A stretch of DNA of 64,000 nucleotides from assembly GCA_036918135.1 (NCBI GenBank), contig JBALDB010000032.1, positions 105,546 through 169,545 of the forward strand, given 5' to 3'. The DNA is from Nostoc sp. (lineage in GTDB: Bacteria > Cyanobacteriota > Cyanobacteriia > Cyanobacteriales > Nostocaceae). Both the position numbers and the translations under genes were made by a program. The notes below the pieces were generated by a model that had not been told where the DNA came from, did no database searches, and saw only the letters and a program-made list of their open reading frames with translations. This document shows positions 59,870-64,000 of this stretch, one piece after another (the first letter of the stretch is position 1; each line of letters starts with the position of its first letter).

Positions 59870-62800
59870 CTAGCGAGATACAGCGAGCGCTCCTCCCACT
59901 GCTGAGCAAACGCCTGAGACTACTGCTGTGGCAAATATCCACCAAGCTGCTGTAGCTGCGGCTTTGCGGGTTTCTTCTGCTTGTCGCTGTGCTTGATATT
60001 TCACTTCTTCGAGGCGGCGTTGGGCTTCTTGCTGTAGACGTTCTGCACGTTGCAATACTGTGTTGCGTGCCCGTTCAATTTGATCGACGATCCGGTTGGC
60101 ATCCTCCTCGGAAATGTCTTCACGAGAACTCATAATTGCCACTAGTGTATCACGGTCAAAAGAAGACAGGCGATCGCGCAAAGCATCAAACCCGGATTGG
60201 GGATCTTCAAAAAAGGTGCGGACATCGCGCTTGATACTATCATAATTGAGTTCTGGGCGATCCAAGGAGTTAAGATAGTTACGGATGCGGCCAAAAACCC
60301 CGTCAATTGCATCTTGAATGCCTCGTTGGATGCTCCGCACTTGTTCTACAAATTGATCTCTAACCGAGACAATGTTATCAGCAATCTGCGCTGCTTCTTC
60401 ATCGCTCATGTCTTCGCGAATTTTTAGCAGGGCGATAATGGTAGAACGGTCAAACTGGCCGAGGCGATCGCTAAAACTTTCTACCCCCACTCGCGGATCG
60501 TGCAACAGTAACTGTAAGTCGCGTTTGATACCTTCTGGGTTGAGTTCTTCTTTCCCAGTTTGCCGCAGATAATCTTCCAGATAAGTTTTGAATGTTTCTA
60601 CTCTTTGCTGTGTTCTGGTAGCTAAACGACGAGGCGCACGTACAATGCTGCGAATCGAGTTTTGTACAGAATCAATAATTTCATTAACTTGTTGCTCGCT
60701 CAAGTCTTGACGTTGACTGAGCAATTTCACTAGTGTATCTCGGTCTACCCGGGACAAACGATCGCGTAGCGCTATAGCTCCATCTTGGGGATTTTCAAAC
60801 AATCTATTCAAATCCCGTTGAATACCTTCTGGATTCAACTCTTGTTTACCAGTATTGCGGAGGTAATCTGCGATGGAGGTGGTCACCGAGTCGTATTGCT
60901 CTTTAGCTTTGTTTGCTAAGGCTTGGGGTGCGTGGCGGATATTATGCCACGATTCTTCAACGGCATTGATAGTTTGATTAACTTGATCTTCAGTTAAATC
61001 TTCTCGCTGACTCAACAACTGTACCAAAGTATCGCGGTCAAAGCGAGACAATCGCGCCCGAATCGCACCAATTCCAGCTTCCGGATCGTCTAGTAACTTT
61101 TTGAGGTCGGCGCGGATGGCATCAGGATTCAATTCTGATTTGCCAGTGTTACGCAGATATGATTCGACATTCAACCACAAAGTTTCTGCTTGATATTGTG
61201 CTTGTTCTGCCAGACCTTTGGATTCTATTAAAGCGCGATCGCGTTGTCTTTCTAAGTCTTCGAGAATGCTGTCTACTTCATATAGTTGTACGTCACTACG
61301 TTCCAGCAATATCTCCCGCATTTGGTCGCGTTGAATATGAGCTAGTCGCCGTGAGAGGGTTTCATAATCTGCTTCTGGATCTTGCAACAGTGATTTGAAA
61401 TCCCGCTCAATGCCTTCGGCTGACAACTCTGCTTTCGGAGTAACCAGCAAATAACTGTGAAGTCGGCGTTGCAAATCTTGGACGATTTCTCTTTCTTGTT
61501 CGGCTGTGACTGTAACTAGCACTTCTTGGCGCACAGTTTCTAGCCGATCTGCAATGCGGTGAATTTGAGTTTGAGTAAGTAGTCCCCGCTGTTGCAAAAT
61601 TTTGATGAAATCGTTGCGGGATAGGCGCTCTAGTTCCCTGCGGATTGTTCCAGAATCGGCTGCTGGATCGTAAATGACATCGCGAAACTCCTGAGCAATT
61701 CTTTCTGGACTGAGTTGCCAAGCATAAGTATTGAACAAGTAGTTTTCCACATCAGCCCGAATTGGACTATAGGGTTGGGATGGTGTGGGCAAACCTAGCT
61801 TATCTGCTTGTTGGGTAACCTTGTCTTTGGCAGTAGTCAGGCTACCCAAGATTTTCTCTACGTCAAAATCAGATAAATCAGTCCTTCCCAACACTATGGC
61901 ACTTAAAGCAGAGAGTCCTTGTTGCAGTGTACTTTGAATTGGCCCGGATGCGGCTTTTTGCTGAGACTGTTTGTCACTACGCATTTCTCCCACTAATCGA
62001 TCCAGCTTAGCATTGAGTTCATCCGTCTTGGTTTGTCCGGGTGGCAGTGATTTAAGATATTCGATTAATTCACCCAAACTGTCTTGGCTGGGTACTTGTT
62101 TACTTACTACCTGTTGCCAAACTTTATATAAAGTATCAGCGATGCGGCTAACATCTTTTTTAGAAAGGTCGGTACGACTGCTGACTAACTCAATAAACTT
62201 TTGGCGGTCGATATTGCCCAAATCCGAACTAGCGGCGAGTGCTTTTACTTGCGGATCGTTGAGTAAATTTTCAAAATCACTGCGAATCTTCGATAAATCT
62301 AGTTCTGGGGGACGCAGCTTGTCTAAGTAATCTTCAATGTTTTCTCGGATACTTACTGGGTCAATGGCGCTTCCTAGTTCCCGACGTACAGCAGCAGCGG
62401 CAGCTTCGGCTGTTGCTACAACTTGGTTATTAATAGCTTTTGCCCCCAGTGCGGCGGTAGCTGTTCCCATAATTGCTTGGAACCCAGAGGTTGCCGTATT
62501 GACAACCGAGCCAATCAAGGAACCCACTGTGGTGGAACTGACCCAAAATAGTAGTGAAAAGTATGCAGCCCAAATCACTAAACCGAGAATTGCCCCTTTT
62601 CCTGGATCTGAAAACAACAGGCTTAATTTCACTGCCAGGAAACAGGCAATCAAGAGGGCTATGGTTACAGTAACTAATGTCCAAATACCTACTGCTGTGC
62701 CAACTTTGCGAATAGTGCCGCCCAAACTTCCGACTTCACCACCACTTGAATCTGAGTCCGATGAACGCCCGAGGTAGGAAATACCGGCTGCAACGGAGAG

Positions 62801-62965
62801 ATTAGTTAGAACTAATTGAAAAGCAAAGGCTAAAATCACACCAGAGATTAAAGCCACAAAAAAGCGCGGCCCGGAAGACGCGATCGCTAAGGCATCTACT
62901 GGAACCTGTGCCACCCACAGAAATGGCTTGTAGAGTCCCAGCATGATTTCCGTACTTTGAAACAT
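59870..62965 (-). CDS. Large membrane-anchored helical repeat protein of unknown function
   Basis: Three N-terminal TM segments and one C-terminal TM. Multiple ~100-aa repeats: YL..TGK.ELNPEGI.RDL..L..DP..G...L..RLS..DR.TLV.LL..R.DL. Confidence 0.8.
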   Translation of the reverse strand: MFQSTEIMLGLYKPFLWVAQVPVDALAIASSGPRFFVALISGVILAFAFQLVLTNLSVAAGISYLGRSSDSDSSGGEVGSLGGTIRKVGTAVGIWTLVTVTIALLIACFLAVKLSLLFSDPGKGAILGLVIWAAYFSLLFWVSSTTVGSLIGSVVNTATSGFQAIMGTATAALGAKAINNQVVATAEAAAAAVRRELGSAIDPVSIRENIEDYLDKLRPPELDLSKIRSDFENLLNDPQVKALAASSDLGNIDRQKFIELVSSRTDLSKKDVSRIADTLYKVWQQVVSKQVPSQDSLGELIEYLKSLPPGQTKTDELNAKLDRLVGEMRSDKQSQQKAASGPIQSTLQQGLSALSAIVLGRTDLSDFDVEKILGSLTTAKDKVTQQADKLGLPTPSQPYSPIRADVENYLFNTYAWQLSPERIAQEFRDVIYDPAADSGTIRRELERLSRNDFIKILQQRGLLTQTQIHRIADRLETVRQEVLVTVTAEQEREIVQDLQRRLHSYLLVTPKAELSAEGIERDFKSLLQDPEADYETLSRRLAHIQRDQMREILLERSDVQLYEVDSILEDLERQRDRALIESKGLAEQAQYQAETLWLNVESYLRNTGKSELNPDAIRADLKKLLDDPEAGIGAIRARLSRFDRDTLVQLLSQREDLTEDQVNQTINAVEESWHNIRHAPQALANKAKEQYDSVTTSIADYLRNTGKQELNPEGIQRDLNRLFENPQDGAIALRDRLSRVDRDTLVKLLSQRQDLSEQQVNEIIDSVQNSIRSIVRAPRRLATRTQQRVETFKTYLEDYLRQTGKEELNPEGIKRDLQLLLHDPRVGVESFSDRLGQFDRSTIIALLKIREDMSDEEAAQIADNIVSVRDQFVEQVRSIQRGIQDAIDGVFGRIRNYLNSLDRPELNYDSIKRDVRTFFEDPQSGFDALRDRLSSFDRDTLVAIMSSREDISEEDANRIVDQIERARNTVLQRAERLQQEAQRRLEEVKYQAQRQAEETRKAAATAAWWIFATAVVSGVCSAVGGALAVSR

Positions 62966-63506
62966 TGTATTTCCTTGTCTTAGTGTTTTAACTTTCGGGC
63001 GGATTAAGAATTTCCTGACAAGTAACTCTTAGTAATTATCTACTGTACTATAACAATACCTAACTCTTTAGATCAGAATCCTGGAATTTAGGTGGTTCAA
63101 GCATCTCTCCAAAGATTGAAAAGTATATCCAGCGAAAGATATAAATTTTATTATCCGTTGGTAGAAATTTTAATTACCTTGGTAGTTGCTATTAAGATAT
63201 AAATGATTATTTTGGTAAACTTCGATTCTTATCCTTGTGATTCTTTTTGATTGGATTATATAGCAGCCCTAAATAATCAAGTGAAATATTACTGCTATTA
63301 ATAGTTAACAGTCAACGGTCAACAGTCAATACTGATATTTTTCACAACTAAAATAAGATTGCTATAGTTTGCTGACAAAAGCCAAGTAGTTGTTGAAGTA
63401 CTTATTTCTATCACCATCCCAAGGTTGATTTGTCTAGAAAATATATTTCTAATTATCGTCCACAAGAAGTGCTTGGAGTTTGTGCCTACAGACAGAAAGC
63501 AACTTA

Positions 63507-63524
63507 ATTACAAATAGCTACATT
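63507..63524 (+). promoter_or_regulatory. HLR1-like (RpaB-binding) direct repeat upstream of the hli genes
   Basis: ATTACAAA-TA-GCTACATT resembles (G/T)TTACA(T/A)(T/A)-N2-repeat, about 75 nt upstream of the HLIP start. Confidence 0.5.
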
Positions 63525-63599
63525 AAAGTTAACAAATGAGTTCTCAAGAACAAAAAATACTTATTTGTTGTCCTTTTAGCAAAATTTTTGAGGATAAAA

Positions 63600-63812
63600 A
63601 TGGCAACTAGAGAAACTCGTCCTTCTACTGATTTACCAACCGTTGCACCAGAATATAACGGCGTAGACCGTAATAAATTTCTCTTTGGCTGGACTCCCCA
63701 AGCGGAAATTTGGAATGGTCGTTTTGCAATGATTGGTTTTGTTGCTTATTTACTTTGGGATTTAGCAGGTTATAGCGTTCTACGTGACCTACTGCGGCTA
63801 ATTAGCTACTAA
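63600..63812 (+). CDS. High-light-inducible (HLIP/CAB-like) protein
   Basis: GWTPQAEIWNGRFAMIGF chlorophyll-binding motif; ATG 63600. Confidence 0.9.
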   Translation: MATRETRPSTDLPTVAPEYNGVDRNKFLFGWTPQAEIWNGRFAMIGFVAYLLWDLAGYSVLRDLLRLISY

Positions 63813-63863
63813 AGCTTAAACGTCTAAAAAACTAATAAATTTTGCAAAATTTTGGCGGAAAAA

Positions 63864-64000
63864 ATGGCAACTAAAGAAACTCGTCCTTCTACTGATTTAC
63901 CAGCTGTTGCACCAGAATATAACGGCGTAGACCGTAATAAATTTCTCTTTGGCTGGACTCCCCAAGCGGAAATTTGGAATGGTCGTTTTGCAATGATTGG
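63864..64000 (+). CDS. Second tandem HLIP copy, truncated by the window end
   Basis: ATG 63864, MATKETRPSTDLPAVAPEYNGVDRNKFLFGWTPQAEIWNGRFAMI; nearly identical DNA to 63600. Confidence 0.88.
   Translation, partial: MATKETRPSTDLPAVAPEYNGVDRNKFLFGWTPQAEIWNGRFAMI

Noticed and set aside
63259..63366. Imperfect terminal inverted repeats (tatagca...tgctata; similar degenerate pairs at 18835-18980 and 30570-30702) as active MITEs
   Set aside because: Too degenerate to delimit by eye and no transposase in the window; probably old repeat relics.

Overview
64 kb of a filamentous cyanobacterial chromosome, probably Nostocales. This assignment rests on frequent GCGATCGC HIP1 octamers, heptamer STRR tracts and the psbZ, chlG, petP and hli genes. 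Most of the window is core genome: a PAS protein and GAF histidine kinase, iaaA, clpB, gloA, a proA paralog, tRNA-Gly(GCC), ribH, psbZ, a CBS/tRNA nucleotidyltransferase, chlG, a Get3/ArsA ATPase, comB, a BlaI/M56 pair, an amidase and tandem HLIP genes. It also holds a Wzm/Wzt polysaccharide cluster (35.4-52.7 kb). The most unusual element is a three-gene operon at 4655-12348: a membrane-anchored vWA-Ig-TM-FHA-like protein, a large tubulin/FtsZ-like GTPase, and a full-length paralog of that GTPase that has lost its GTP motifs but gained a coiled coil and TM hairpin. Other notable items: a secreted protein with a Cys-bracketed symmetric hairpin resembling a beta-pore-forming stem (57858-58511); a TPR-CHAT protein lacking its catalytic His next to a short paralog; a sulfotransferase/coiled-coil/GT2-GT2 putative chain-length ruler; an unannotated rfbC remnant; a Cys-less ProA; and nested short dispersed repeats. 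All family calls come from motif recognition by eye; no searches were run.
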